NCBI GenBank assembly: GCA_903848645.1
Contig: CAINGU010000059.1
Coordinates: 55,038 to 119,037, forward strand
Direction of reading: 5' to 3'
DNA: 64,000 nt
Source: an uncultured cyanobacterium
Lineage (GTDB): Bacteria > Cyanobacteriota > Cyanobacteriia > Cyanobacteriales > Nostocaceae
Part shown: positions 38,015 to 48,187 of the stretch, one piece after another
Numbering within the stretch: the first letter of the stretch is position 1
Layout: the number at the start of each line of letters is the position of its first letter
Position numbers and translations under genes: made by a program
The notes under the pieces: model-generated
Told to the model about the DNA's origin: nothing
Databases searched by the model: none
What the model saw: the letters and a program-made list of their open reading frames with translations, nothing else

Positions 38015-40096
38015 ATGAATAAGAGTTTTTTCCTGCCAGTTTCTTTACTAAGTTTACTGGTAGCTTTTCCTGCTGTAGCTGCTGATAATGAAGATAATAA
38101 AAATGCAGTAAATTCAAATATTCCTAGTTTAAGTAAAATTGAATTACCCGCCACAAATGCTAGATTATTAACTCAACAACCAGCAGCAAATGAAGTTAAG
38201 CCAGAACCTAAGTTAGAACCAGATTTAACTCCTAATAAGGATGCAGATATTTCCATAGAAACCATTGGCGAAAAAGACGTTCTCCCCGAATCTACTCCCA
38301 CTTATGTAATTGAAAAAGAAGAAATTAAAAAACAGGGTGCAACCAGCGTTGCTGATATTTTGAAGAAAATGCCCGGTTTTGTGATTAATAATGTGGGACA
38401 TGGTGCAGATTTTCACACAGGGACATACTATCGAGGAGCTTCAATTGATCAGTCTGTATTTCTGATTAATGGCAGACCAATTAATACGAATATCAATACA
38501 TATCATGGGACAACTGATTTAAATAGTATTCCTGTAGAGGCTATTGAAAGAGTAGAGTTATATAGCGGTACGGCTTCTTCTTTATATGGTTCTTCAGCCT
38601 TTGGAGGAGTTGTTAATATTATTACTAAAGAAGGTTATGGTAAACCAAAATTAAATGCTAGTGCAGAATTTGGCTCATTAAATTTAAATAATCAACAGGT
38701 AACTTATGGTGGTTCAACGAATAAAGTTAAATACAACTTTAGCTTTGAAAGGTTCTTTATAGATAATCGTTATCGTGTTCCCGTTGGTGCTGCAAATCGT
38801 GATGCTCAAGGATATTTATCTAATGCAGATACAGCTACAAGCACTTATTTTGGTAGTGTCGGCATAGATTTAGATCCCAAAAACTCTGTGAATTTGGATG
38901 TGACTGCACTCAGTAGCCGTCGGGGTTTAATTTATTTTGGTTTCCCTTTACAAAAAGATAGATTAGATCATGATGGTTTGAATATTGGTTTATCTTGGAA
39001 AACTCGACTTGGTAAGGGAGATAATTCCAATTTAACAACTACATTGGGTTACAACCGAGATTATTTTAGCACCTATGGACCAACTGGGGCGACATTTTAC
39101 CGAACCGGAGCTTTAGATACACAGCAATTCAGCACTAGGATAGAACATGAATGGAAAATTACTCCTAATAATCAATTGCGCTGGGGTTTAGATTTAAAAA
39201 ATACCAATTTAATTGGCGATGTTTTGAGTACAGATCCTGCTAGAATTGCTAATAATGAAAAAGAAGATAGAAGTATTTTTAATACGGCTTTATTTGCTGT
39301 CAATACTTGGAAAATTAGCGATGCCTTGCAAGCAGATTTAGGGGTAAGACAAAACTTTGATAGCCAATTTGGGAGTTATTTTAATCCCAGCGTCGGCTTA
39401 CGTTATGCAGTTAATCCAGCTATTGCAGTGCGGGGAAGTTGGGCGGGGGCGCAGCGCAATCCTGGGTTAGATCAATTATATGTTTTTGACACGGTTCATG
39501 GTTGGAATCCCAACCCTAATTTAAAACCAGAAACTGGTTCTGCTTGGACTGCGGGAATAGATGTAATATTGTCGAAGAATCTATTAGGACAATTTACTTA
39601 TTTTGGTAATAGTTTAGATAATCGTTTGGGAGTAATTAGTGGGCAATGGCAAAATATTGGTTTAGTAGATACCAATGGTTTAGAGGCAGCTTTGCAATTA
39701 AAAATTGCCCGTGATTGGTCAACTTTTCTCAACTATACTTATACAGATGCTCAAATCAAAACTGGCACTGAAAAAGGACTACAGTTAGGATTAATTCCCT
39801 ACTCTTTGCTACAAACTGGAATTGGTTATCAAAAGAATGGGTGGCAAGCTAATTTATATGCTACTTATAATAGTGGTTCTCGTCGTTCTGTTTTTAATAA
39901 TGCTGGAGCGGGACAAATAAGTACAGATTTTGCGCCTTCTTTCTTTAATTTAGATTTTAGTGGGCGGATTCCTGTCAGTAAAAATTTGGGATTAACTTTT
40001 TACCTAGAAAATCTATTAGGTGAACAATATGAAAGAGTTAATCGGATATATAGCCCCGGTTTTACTTTCCGTGTGGGTTTAACTTCCAGTTTATAA
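38015..40096 (+). CDS. TonB-dependent outer-membrane receptor (BtuB-like, no AMIN domain)
   Basis: Plug motifs (VFLINGRP, IERVELYSG.ASSLYGSSAFGGVVNIITK) and C-terminal NLLGEQY...FRVGL. Probable start is ATG at 38015. Substrate cannot be determined from sequence. Confidence 0.92.
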   Translation: MNKSFFLPVSLLSLLVAFPAVAADNEDNKNAVNSNIPSLSKIELPATNARLLTQQPAANEVKPEPKLEPDLTPNKDADISIETIGEKDVLPESTPTYVIEKEEIKKQGATSVADILKKMPGFVINNVGHGADFHTGTYYRGASIDQSVFLINGRPINTNINTYHGTTDLNSIPVEAIERVELYSGTASSLYGSSAFGGVVNIITKEGYGKPKLNASAEFGSLNLNNQQVTYGGSTNKVKYNFSFERFFIDNRYRVPVGAANRDAQGYLSNADTATSTYFGSVGIDLDPKNSVNLDVTALSSRRGLIYFGFPLQKDRLDHDGLNIGLSWKTRLGKGDNSNLTTTLGYNRDYFSTYGPTGATFYRTGALDTQQFSTRIEHEWKITPNNQLRWGLDLKNTNLIGDVLSTDPARIANNEKEDRSIFNTALFAVNTWKISDALQADLGVRQNFDSQFGSYFNPSVGLRYAVNPAIAVRGSWAGAQRNPGLDQLYVFDTVHGWNPNPNLKPETGSAWTAGIDVILSKNLLGQFTYFGNSLDNRLGVISGQWQNIGLVDTNGLEAALQLKIARDWSTFLNYTYTDAQIKTGTEKGLQLGLIPYSLLQTGIGYQKNGWQANLYATYNSGSRRSVFNNAGAGQISTDFAPSFFNLDFSGRIPVSKNLGLTFYLENLLGEQYERVNRIYSPGFTFRVGLTSSL

Positions 40097-40097
40097 T

Positions 40098-40173
40098 GTA
40101 GGTTGGGTTGAGGCAAGGAAACCCAACATTTTGGGGATTTTGTTGGGTTGCGCTGTTGCTTAACTCAACCTAC
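40098..40173. repeat. Compound GTAG REP-like hairpin between convergent genes
   Basis: GTAGGTTGGGTTG...CAACCTAC with nested inverted repeats. Same family as 8862-8897. Confidence 0.8.
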
Positions 40174-40179
40174 ATTTTT

Positions 40180-40446
40180 TCACCAATCACTAATGCTATT
40201 TTCATCCCAGACTTGCAATTTCAATTCTTGTAAATAGGTTAACCCATTTTGAATTTGTCCATCTGTTCCTTGTAAATCTAAGTCAAACCAACCATCACCT
40301 ACAGCATTCTGTCCGAGAATTGCGGCTTTGATATTCACAGTTAAGCCATATTCGGAAACTAGGCGAGAAATTACAGGTTCTTGATGATGATCTTGAGGAA
40401 TTCTGACGCGAATTCGCTTATTGGTCAGGATATTTTCATTACTCAT
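40180..40446 (-). CDS. NIL-domain protein
   Basis: 88 aa; EPVISRLVSEYGLTVNIKAAIL..GWFDLDLQG is the NIL pattern. Confidence 0.88.
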   Translation of the reverse strand: MSNENILTNKRIRVRIPQDHHQEPVISRLVSEYGLTVNIKAAILGQNAVGDGWFDLDLQGTDGQIQNGLTYLQELKLQVWDENSISDW

Positions 40447-40505
40447 AACAACTCCTAAGATGTAATTTAATAGTTGTCTAAAAATTGGTAATTACCAGTA
40501 TTTAA

Positions 40506-40805
40506 TTACCAATTATATAGCAAAAGATTATATGTTTCTAGATAAACAGCAAAGGAAAGTAAGATTGTTAAGTTTTCTGCATTGATTCTTTGTATTTGGA
40601 TTTTTGAACGCTGATGATATTGATCATCTACATCACCCAAATTTTCCCGAAACTTCAACACCGTCGGAGTCCGTTTTTCCGGTTCTATTTCCATTCCTGC
40701 TAAAATAGCATCATTCACCCTCTGACTAATGCCAGAATTATAATGTTTTGGTGCGGGTAAAGGTTCATTATCATATTTCCGGTTTTGTGCGGGTACTGGA
40801 CTAAA
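40506..40805 (-). pseudogene. 3' remnant of a Ser/Thr kinase gene
   Basis: PVPAQNRKY..PLPAPKHYNSGISQRVNDAILAGMEIEPEKRTPTV resembles kinase subdomains X-XI. No upstream kinase sequence; the 5' side is occupied by repeats. Confidence 0.6.
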
Positions 40806-40837
40806 CCGAGATCCCCTCGGATGTTTTAAAAGTATTG

Positions 40838-40954
40838 GGCGATTAGAAATCGCTACTACACAAGCAAAGTCCACCTGCGTGGACTAAGAAAAAAGTAAGA
40901 GTTTGCAACCCATGAAGATGGGTTTTGTCTGTGTAGGCGCGATTTTTAATCGCC
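40838..40954. repeat. Multi-stem structured dispersed repeat, copy 2
   Basis: Contains GTCCACCTGCGTGGAC and AACCCATGAAGATGGGTT hairpins inside an outer stem. Confidence 0.85.
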
Positions 40955-40969
40955 AAGGTAAGTAATAAA

Positions 40970-42397
40970 TTAGACTTCCACTGGTTTGGCTTCTGGTAAC
41001 AACCGCTTCACACCTTGCTTGACAAAAGCTTCCAAAACAGCCATTTTTTGATTTTGCTGGAATACGGTTTGCAAAACTTGACGCAGTTTGTCGAGATTTA
41101 ACGCACTTCCCGATTCTAAAGCAATTTCTTGCTGTTCAAAATATGCAACTAAACTTAATCCGGCTACTCTGGTTAGGTAAGCAGCACTAACTCCCTCTAC
41201 CATTCCCCCAGCGACAAAGGTAGCAACATTAGTTTTCAGAATACCCGTTACAGCCCTAGTGGAAAGTTCCACTAAACCTAATTTCAACATTAAACTTCCC
41301 ATAGTTCCCGCTACTTGTTGCGCTTGTTCCAAGGAAATTTTTTGCTGATAAATATTACCCAAATCTATCACCATTTGAGCAGTAATCGCCGCAGTTGCCA
41401 GAATATCTAAAGCAGGTACAGGGTTAGCAAATGCCGCCGCCGCTGCAATCCACTGATACTGCTCTATAAAGGGTGTAGCTTGATCTCTTCTCACACCATT
41501 TAAACAATTTTTGGCTTCAGCTTTCAGTAATAATACTTTGCGATTTGTGGTATTACAAACTAGCTGTTCTCTCTGCTGTCCGACAACTTCCCCTAAATGT
41601 TGTGTCAACTGCTGGATATCCGGCGTTGGTTGTTCCATCCATTCTTGGAAAGAACCATCTTCTTCATGTTTTCGCACTTTCACAGCTACAGGAGAAGCCG
41701 CAGTCGCAACTACATTTGCACCTATGCGCTGTTTTAATGATTGGACAACTGTAGCGCGTTCATCAGGTTGATATTGATCCTGTTTGTTGAAAACTAGCAA
41801 ACTTGGTTGTTTTGCGGCTTTTAGCTGTTGTAAAACCTGAAATTCTGAATCTGTTAAATCACCGTTAGTCAGAAACAAGACAAAATCAGATTTCTGCATT
41901 TCCGATAAAGTGACAACATCGGAATTTTCACCAGCTACGGAAAATAAAGGCGCTGTTTCCGCAAAATTCAAAGACATTCCCGGCGAAGTTGGGGCAGTTT
42001 TTAGAACTTCAATAACTGTACTTTTGCCTACGGATTTACCACCAGTAACGGCCAGGGTAATTTCCTTTCTATCCAGTTGTAATGGCAATTTAGCGAGGTT
42101 TTCGCGGAGAATTGCTAGGTGAGGATGATTGGCTGCTTCTTGTGCCAGTTGATTAATTATTACTTCGGTTTGAGCGATCGCCTTTTCCACATCTGCCCGA
42201 TTTACAACTATATCATTTAGCTGTTCACCTAATCGGGGCTGATTTTTATTGAATAACCACAAACCCCCACCCACAGCCAAAGCACTCAGGAGTCCAAATT
42301 CTCCCACTTGCACTATTGAATCATGCCAACTATCTAACATCCACAGGAAGAACGATAGTCCTAGTCCTCCCACTAAAATCGGTCGCTGTAACTTCAC
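40970..42397 (-). CDS. YcjF/DUF697-family protein with a degenerate P-loop GTPase domain
   Basis: GGKSVGKS, VFNKQD and C-terminal QWIAAAAAFANPVPALD motifs. Confidence 0.85.
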   Translation of the reverse strand: MKLQRPILVGGLGLSFFLWMLDSWHDSIVQVGEFGLLSALAVGGGLWLFNKNQPRLGEQLNDIVVNRADVEKAIAQTEVIINQLAQEAANHPHLAILRENLAKLPLQLDRKEITLAVTGGKSVGKSTVIEVLKTAPTSPGMSLNFAETAPLFSVAGENSDVVTLSEMQKSDFVLFLTNGDLTDSEFQVLQQLKAAKQPSLLVFNKQDQYQPDERATVVQSLKQRIGANVVATAASPVAVKVRKHEEDGSFQEWMEQPTPDIQQLTQHLGEVVGQQREQLVCNTTNRKVLLLKAEAKNCLNGVRRDQATPFIEQYQWIAAAAAFANPVPALDILATAAITAQMVIDLGNIYQQKISLEQAQQVAGTMGSLMLKLGLVELSTRAVTGILKTNVATFVAGGMVEGVSAAYLTRVAGLSLVAYFEQQEIALESGSALNLDKLRQVLQTVFQQNQKMAVLEAFVKQGVKRLLPEAKPVEV

Positions 42398-42535
42398 AAT
42401 TGTGATTCTCCACGCGAGGAAAAAGCTTTTACCTCACTTTAGTCCAAAACCTGCTCCTCGGATTGCGGTTGGTGAACAAACATCTTGATGATGTTGGAGA
42501 AGAGTAAGCAGCTAAAAGCATTGTATAAACAACAT

Positions 42536-42551
42536 ATCAATTTTTCTTGAT
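42536..42551. promoter_or_regulatory. ArsR-type operator
   Basis: ATCAA-tttttc-TTGAT (ATCAA-N6-TTGAT, the cyanobacterial ArsR box as I recall it), 99 nt upstream of the ars operon. Confidence 0.65.
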
Positions 42552-42649
42552 TAATTTTGATATCTGATGGTAGAGTGTTGGGAAATACATTTTTTTCTCA
42601 CCCTCCAGGCGCGGAAAGAAATCATAATTATCTATTCTTTGTTAATTTG

Positions 42650-43345
42650 ATGAGGTCATTTTTTAAGGAAATTTATCAATTTAGGGCAGAAGTTTTAGTA
42701 GAAGCAATTGGGACTTTTATCTTAGTATTTGCTGGGACTGGTGCTGTGATGGTTAATCATATAAGTCAAGGTGCTATTACACATCTGGGAATTAGTTTTG
42801 TTTTTGGGGCTGTAGTTGCGGCATTAATTTACAGTTTAGGACATCTCAGCGGCGCACATTTTAACCCAGCGGTAACATTGGCATTTTACACAAGTGGATT
42901 TTTTCCTAAACGGCAAGTTTTACCTTATATTTTTGCCCAATTATTAGGATCTATATTAGCTTCTAGTTTACTACTCATGAGTTTAGGAAATGTTACTAAT
43001 TTAGGGGCAACTTTACCTTTAAATGGCAATTGGGGGCAATCTTTTATATTAGAAATAGTTCTCACTTTCATTTTAATGTTTGTGATTTTGGGATCTGGTT
43101 TAGATCGTCGCGCTCATATTGGTTTTGCTGGTTTAGCTATTGGTTTAACAGTGGCGTTAGAAGCAGCTTTTATGGGTCCGATTACTGGTGCAAGTATGAA
43201 TCCTGCCCGTTCTTTTGGGCCAGCTTTGGTAGGAGGAATTTGGCAACATCATTGGGTTTATTGGGTAGCACCAATTTTAGGTTCACAGTTTGCAGTTAAA
43301 GTTTATGGGATAATTTCTCATGATTTCCAAGATTTTCAAGAATAA
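42650..43345 (+). CDS. MIP-family aquaglyceroporin (AqpS-like candidate arsenite channel)
   Basis: Two NPA boxes (HFNPAVT, SMNPARS). First gene of the ars cluster. ATG at 42650. Confidence 0.92.
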   Translation: MRSFFKEIYQFRAEVLVEAIGTFILVFAGTGAVMVNHISQGAITHLGISFVFGAVVAALIYSLGHLSGAHFNPAVTLAFYTSGFFPKRQVLPYIFAQLLGSILASSLLLMSLGNVTNLGATLPLNGNWGQSFILEIVLTFILMFVILGSGLDRRAHIGFAGLAIGLTVALEAAFMGPITGASMNPARSFGPALVGGIWQHHWVYWVAPILGSQFAVKVYGIISHDFQDFQE

Positions 43346-43355
43346 AGAAATAACA

Positions 43356-43985
43356 ATGACAAAATTTGATCATCCACCCAGAATATTATTTTTATATGGT
43401 TCTTTGCGCGAACGTTCTTACAGTCGTTTATTAGCAGAAGAAGCTGCCAGAATTATGCAAGAATTTGGTGCCGAAGTCCGGTTTTTTGATCCGCGTGAAT
43501 TACCAATTTATGGTAGTGTTAGTGATACTCATCCTAAAGTTCAAGAACTGCGAGAATTGAGTACCTGGTCAGAGGGTCAAGTTTGGTCTTCTCCAGAAAT
43601 GCACGGTAATATAACCGGAATTTTGAAAAACCAAATTGATTGGATTCCTTTGAGTATTGGTGCAGTTAGACCAACTCAAGGCAGGACTTTAGCAGTCATG
43701 CAAGTAAGTGGCGGTTCTCAATCTTTCAACGCAGTTAATACCATGCGAATTTTAGGGCGTTGGATGCGAATGTTTACCATTCCTAATCAATCTTCTGTGG
43801 CAAAAGCTTATCAAGAATTTCATGAAGATGGAACAATGAAAGATTCTGCTTATCGTGACCGAGTAATTGATGTCATGGAAGAATTATATAAGTTTACTTT
43901 GCTCTTACGTGATCAAGTTGATTATCTGACAGACCGCCACAGTGAACGTAAGGAAAAAGCTGCTAAGGATTTACAAGTTTCATAG
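43356..43985 (+). CDS. arsH: Arsenical resistance flavoprotein ArsH
   Basis: [30 protein letters not shown] and IPNQSSV motifs. Confidence 0.96.
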   Translation: MTKFDHPPRILFLYGSLRERSYSRLLAEEAARIMQEFGAEVRFFDPRELPIYGSVSDTHPKVQELRELSTWSEGQVWSSPEMHGNITGILKNQIDWIPLSIGAVRPTQGRTLAVMQVSGGSQSFNAVNTMRILGRWMRMFTIPNQSSVAKAYQEFHEDGTMKDSAYRDRVIDVMEELYKFTLLLRDQVDYLTDRHSERKEKAAKDLQVS

Positions 43986-44024
43986 AAGTTTTCTTTTCTT
44001 AACCCATTTATAACTACAAAAATC

Positions 44025-44423
44025 ATGAAAAAAGTCATGTTTGTTTGCAAAAAAAATTCTCGTCGTTCCCAAATGGCTGAAGGTTTTGCGAAAACTTTAG
44101 GAGAGGGTAAAATTGCCGTTGCTAGTTCTGGTTTAGCATCAAGTCATGTTGATCCAATTACTGTGGAAGTTATGGCAGAAATCGGCATTGATATTAGCAA
44201 TCAAAGTTCTAAATGTTTAAGTGATTTTAATCCTGAAGATTTTGATGCTGTCATATCTCTGTGTGGTTGTGGAGTCAATTTACCAGAACCATGGGTATTA
44301 AGAGAAGTCTTTGCAGATTGGCAACTTGATGATCCTGAAGGTCATGGTATTGATACTTTTCTTCGTGTTCGTGATGAAGTTAAGGAAAAAGTGATTCAAT
44401 TGATAAAAGATTTAACCATTTAA
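44025..44423 (+). CDS. arsC: Arsenate reductase (LMW-PTP fold, cyanobacterial type)
   Basis: P-loop CKKNSRRS, SLCGCG and WQLDDP motifs. Confidence 0.93.
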   Translation: MKKVMFVCKKNSRRSQMAEGFAKTLGEGKIAVASSGLASSHVDPITVEVMAEIGIDISNQSSKCLSDFNPEDFDAVISLCGCGVNLPEPWVLREVFADWQLDDPEGHGIDTFLRVRDEVKEKVIQLIKDLTI

Positions 44424-44475
44424 TAGCTATAGCTTAGAAAAGTGGAGATTAATATTCCTCTGTCTAAGGATATGC

Positions 44476-44581
44476 TATAGCGGTATGTACTTGAGTGAGA
44501 TACAGTCAGCAAATCGTAAAGCCTGTAGGGGCGCAGGGTCTGCGCCCTCGATTGTATTGCATTCTAGCGATAACCGCTATA
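44476..44581. mobile_element. MITE-like element with TATAGCGGT termini, copy 2
   Basis: Close copy of 28982-29088, located between arsC and acr3. Confidence 0.78.
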
Positions 44582-44721
44582 TGCAAACAGATATATCCTA
44601 CCCTAGTGGGATGACTCCAAAATCTATTTGAGTTTAAATTTGGTAGGAGGCAATTAGTGAAAGTTTTTGTCTCTTGCCTAAATACTAATTTGTAATAAAT
44701 ACACATTTTATAATGACAACA

Positions 44722-44754
44722 AGATCCCCAACTTCTCTAAGAAGTCGAGGATCT
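44722..44754. repeat. Dispersed hairpin repeat (AGATCCCCAACTTC...GAAGTCGAGGATCT)
   Basis: Imperfect inverted repeat related to 37877-37909. Confidence 0.7.
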
Positions 44755-44781
44755 GAAACTAAATTTATAGAGGTTAATTAA

Positions 44782-45858
44782 GTGGAATATGTAACGAAAA
44801 AAACCACTATCAACCGCCTTTCTTTTCTTGATCGCTTTTTGACATTGTGGATATTTCTGGCAATGGCAACTGGAGTGGGTTTAGGATATTTTTTCCCCAC
44901 TATAGAAGTTTTTATTAATCATTTCCAAGTAGGAACTACTAACATCCCAATTGCCATTGGTTTGATTTTGATGATGTACCCAGCTTTAGCAAAGGTAAAA
45001 TATGAAGAGTTAGGAGATGTATTTCGGAATGGAAAAATTCTCGGACTATCATTATCGCTGACTTGGATAATTGCCCCCATAGTGATGTTTACACTGGCTA
45101 TGCTTCTTTTACGTGATAAACCTGAATATATGACTGGTTTAATCATGGTGGGAATAGCCCCTTGTATTGCTATGGTAATTGTCTGGAGTGACTTAGCTAA
45201 AGGAGACACTGAATATACAGCCGGACTGGTTGCCTTTAATAGTATTTTTCAAATTCTCTTTTATAGCGTTTATGCTTGGTTCTTTTTGACGATTTTACCG
45301 CCTTTATTTGGCTTACAGGGAACTATTGTAAATATCAGTATTGGGGAAATTGCCAACAGCGTTTTTATTTATTTAGGCATTCCTTTTCTGGCTGGATTTA
45401 TAACTCGCGTTATTTTAGTAAAAGCTAAAGGTAAGCAGTGGTATCATCAGGAGTTTATTCCCAAAATAAGTCCAATTACTTTAATTGCTCTCTTATTTAC
45501 CATCATGGTAATGTTTAGTTTAAAGGGCAATTTGATTGTGCAGATTCCTCTCGATGTTGTCCGCATTGCTATTCCCCTAATTATCTATTTCCTCTTCATG
45601 TTTTTAAGTAGTTTTTACCTGGCATGGAAAATTAAAGCTGACTATGCAAAAGCTGCTAGTGTGGCATTTACCGCTGCTGGTAATAATTTTGAATTAGCAA
45701 TAGCTGTAGCTATTTCTGTATTTGGAATTAAATCTGGTGTGGCTTTTGCTGCTGTCATTGGACCATTGGTAGAAGTGCCAGTCTTAATTAGTTTAGTTAG
45801 TGTATCTTTCTGGATTAAGAAACATTTTTTTCGCTCATCTCTACCAATAGGATTATAA
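44782..45858 (+). CDS. acr3: Acr3-family arsenite efflux transporter
   Basis: [29 protein letters not shown] and GPLVEVP motifs. GTG start after GAGG. Confidence 0.96.
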   Translation: MEYVTKKTTINRLSFLDRFLTLWIFLAMATGVGLGYFFPTIEVFINHFQVGTTNIPIAIGLILMMYPALAKVKYEELGDVFRNGKILGLSLSLTWIIAPIVMFTLAMLLLRDKPEYMTGLIMVGIAPCIAMVIVWSDLAKGDTEYTAGLVAFNSIFQILFYSVYAWFFLTILPPLFGLQGTIVNISIGEIANSVFIYLGIPFLAGFITRVILVKAKGKQWYHQEFIPKISPITLIALLFTIMVMFSLKGNLIVQIPLDVVRIAIPLIIYFLFMFLSSFYLAWKIKADYAKAASVAFTAAGNNFELAIAVAISVFGIKSGVAFAAVIGPLVEVPVLISLVSVSFWIKKHFFRSSLPIGL

Positions 45859-45894
45859 TTAAATACGTTTAATCTATTGATTTATTTAAATTTA

Positions 45895-46683
45895 ATGAAA
45901 ATTGCTGATTTAATTACCTGGTTTGAAGAATGGGCAAATCCTGCTTGGTGCGAAAGTTGGGATAATTGCGGTTGGCAAGTTGAACCCGGTGTTTTATACA
46001 CAGAGGCACGGGTTTTAGTGTGTTTGACTCCAACTTTAGCAGTAATGGAGGAAGCGATCGCTCTTCATGCTAACCTAATATTTGCCCATCACCCCCTCAT
46101 TTTTCACCCCCCCAAATCTTTCCGCACTGGAGAAGCTTTAACGGAAATGGTGCGGTTGGCTTTTACCCATAATATCGGAATTTATACCGCCCATACTAAT
46201 TTTGACCAAGTAGCAGATGGAACTGCTGACGTTTTAGCGGAACTTCTGAAACTGCAAGAAGTGTCACCCATTGTTCCTACCCAAGCAGGTTTAGGTTATG
46301 GGCGTGTAGGAATGTTAAAACCTAATTTGACATTACAAGAGTTACTTAATAATATTCAAACTCAATTAAATCCGCCCCAGTTAATTTTTTCCCCCATAGC
46401 TGATTTACAACAGCAAATTTCACGGGTAGCTGTTTTAGGTGGTTCTGGTGCAGGTTATATTTCAGCGGTAGTCAAAACTAATGCCCAAGTTTATCTAACT
46501 GCTGACTGTAAATTTCATCAATTCCAAGAAAGCCGTGATCGTGGTCTTGTCTTAATTGATGCTGGACATTATGCCACAGAACGCCCAGCGTGCGATCGCT
46601 TGGTACAGAAATTTCAAGCCCTTAACTTAGATTGGGTGCAATTGAGTCAGCAAGATGAAGATTTCCGGCAGTTTTTATTCTAA
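45895..46683 (+). CDS. Nif3-like dinuclear metal centre protein (YbgI family)
   Basis: ESWDNCG, HHPLIF, AHTNFD and DAGHYATE motifs. Confidence 0.93.
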   Translation: MKIADLITWFEEWANPAWCESWDNCGWQVEPGVLYTEARVLVCLTPTLAVMEEAIALHANLIFAHHPLIFHPPKSFRTGEALTEMVRLAFTHNIGIYTAHTNFDQVADGTADVLAELLKLQEVSPIVPTQAGLGYGRVGMLKPNLTLQELLNNIQTQLNPPQLIFSPIADLQQQISRVAVLGGSGAGYISAVVKTNAQVYLTADCKFHQFQESRDRGLVLIDAGHYATERPACDRLVQKFQALNLDWVQLSQQDEDFRQFLF

Positions 46684-46965
46684 CTGAGATACTGTAAAGT
46701 CCACCTACTAAGTAATACTGAATTTTTACTAAAATTATGAAGTGTTGATAAATTTTTCGATAATATTTTTAATGGTATAACATTTAAATTCTCGTAAATT
46801 ACCAGTAAAATCCCGTATATAACCTAGTATTTAGTTTATTTTTCGTGATGTTGATCACTATATTTATGTAATGAGAATCACTAGGAAAGACTGGTTTGCA
46901 TCAACATATATCAGAAGCAATTGTTCGAGAATAAAAATAATCAATTGCTTTCTTAGTTCCAGCTT

Positions 46966-47184
46966 ATGATGATTCGCTCACTCGTTAAATCGGCTTTCCA
47001 AACTGGATGTCTTAGTGTTGAATCTGAGGGTCTGATCCATCAAGTGCTAACAACCAGGTGTTATCAATCAAATGATTTGGTAGCTCTTGCAGCCCTTGAC
47101 GATGGTATTCGCAGTGGTAACATTAAACGTGAAGCATCTGCTCATCGCCCATTGGAATTTGCCGCCCTCAGTAATTCTCACTAA
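46966..47184 (+). CDS. Small hypothetical protein
   Basis: 72-aa ATG-started ORF alone in an intergenic gap. MIRSLVKSAFQTGCLSVESE looks like a small cyanobacterial family. Confidence 0.7.
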   Translation: MMIRSLVKSAFQTGCLSVESEGLIHQVLTTRCYQSNDLVALAALDDGIRSGNIKREASAHRPLEFAALSNSH

Positions 47185-47858
47185 ATCTCTTTGATAAAAC
47201 TCATGCAACCCGTCAATCTTAAACCCCTTGTATTATATGGTGCTGCTGATTTCACGTGTAGAAATAACACTGCATTCTATCGTAACGTAAGTAGTGATGA
47301 TCTATCAGAACATCTCTACATATAAATTTACATTCTGCTTTGCCGAAATCACACTTTTTAGCTTCAAATATTTAAAATGTTTATACTTAAAAAAAGTATT
47401 CCCTGCTAAGAAATTAGAAATAATGTTATAATCTGTATACATAGTTTAGATTTTAGCCCTGCTCAAAATCGCCTAGAGACAATCCAATGGTTGACCTCTA
47501 CTGAAGTAGATAGTCTGATCAATCAGCAAGCAGGATGCACTGTCATCAATAGAGATGATGTTTCTGTTACCGCAGCGTACTCTCAAGGATAGCTAATTTT
47601 CTCTAGTAAAAACGCCAAGTAAAAGAAAAATCACTGTAGAAGTTAACAGTTTGCATAGCCGTTAAACTAATGCGGTAAACTAAAGCTTAAGACCCAAAAT
47701 TTCATCTAACACTAATGACTAAAAATAAGTGGTAAAATTGAGTCACTAAACTTACTGGGTTCTCACCCCGAAATTCACCTCTTAGAGGCTGGTATTTCTG
47801 GCATCAAACCCGAATTTGACAGGTTTAACTACGTTGTATAAAAAGGCAGAAGCACTAC

Positions 47859-48170
47859 ATGCTACACCGCAAAATTTATCAACTGTGTTGCGACGGGCGG
47901 GAGGTATGTGTTTTTTTGCGGGATCAGCAACGCTGGATAGAGCGGGCCCGCATCATTGATATCGAGGGCGATTTAGTGACTTTACGCTATGAAACAGACG
48001 AAGAAGATGAAGTTTGTTCTTGGGAGGAGATGGTTCGTCTCGAAAGCATCGGATCTGTTACTCAAAAATTAGCTTCAGTCCAACGCGGTAACATAGATCC
48101 GCTGACAACTGAGGAATGTCCAGAAGCAGAGCGTATTCCTAACCCTTATACTGACCTAAATCCAGATTAG
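47859..48170 (+). CDS. Conserved cyanobacterial protein (DUF6679-like)
   Basis: MLHRKIYQLCCDGREVCVFLRDQQRWIE...SWEEMVRLESIG. Confidence 0.82.
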   Translation: MLHRKIYQLCCDGREVCVFLRDQQRWIERARIIDIEGDLVTLRYETDEEDEVCSWEEMVRLESIGSVTQKLASVQRGNIDPLTTEECPEAERIPNPYTDLNPD

Positions 48171-48187
48171 ACGCTCCTAAATTAAAT

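Noticed and set aside
44506-44706. 66-aa minus-strand ORF
   Set aside because: It runs through the MITE and has no coding signal.
47765-47820. Small multi-stem fold in the leader of the DUF6679-like gene
   Set aside because: Stems are only 4-6 bp with wobbles, and I recognise no riboswitch motif. Covariation analysis would be needed to distinguish it from chance.
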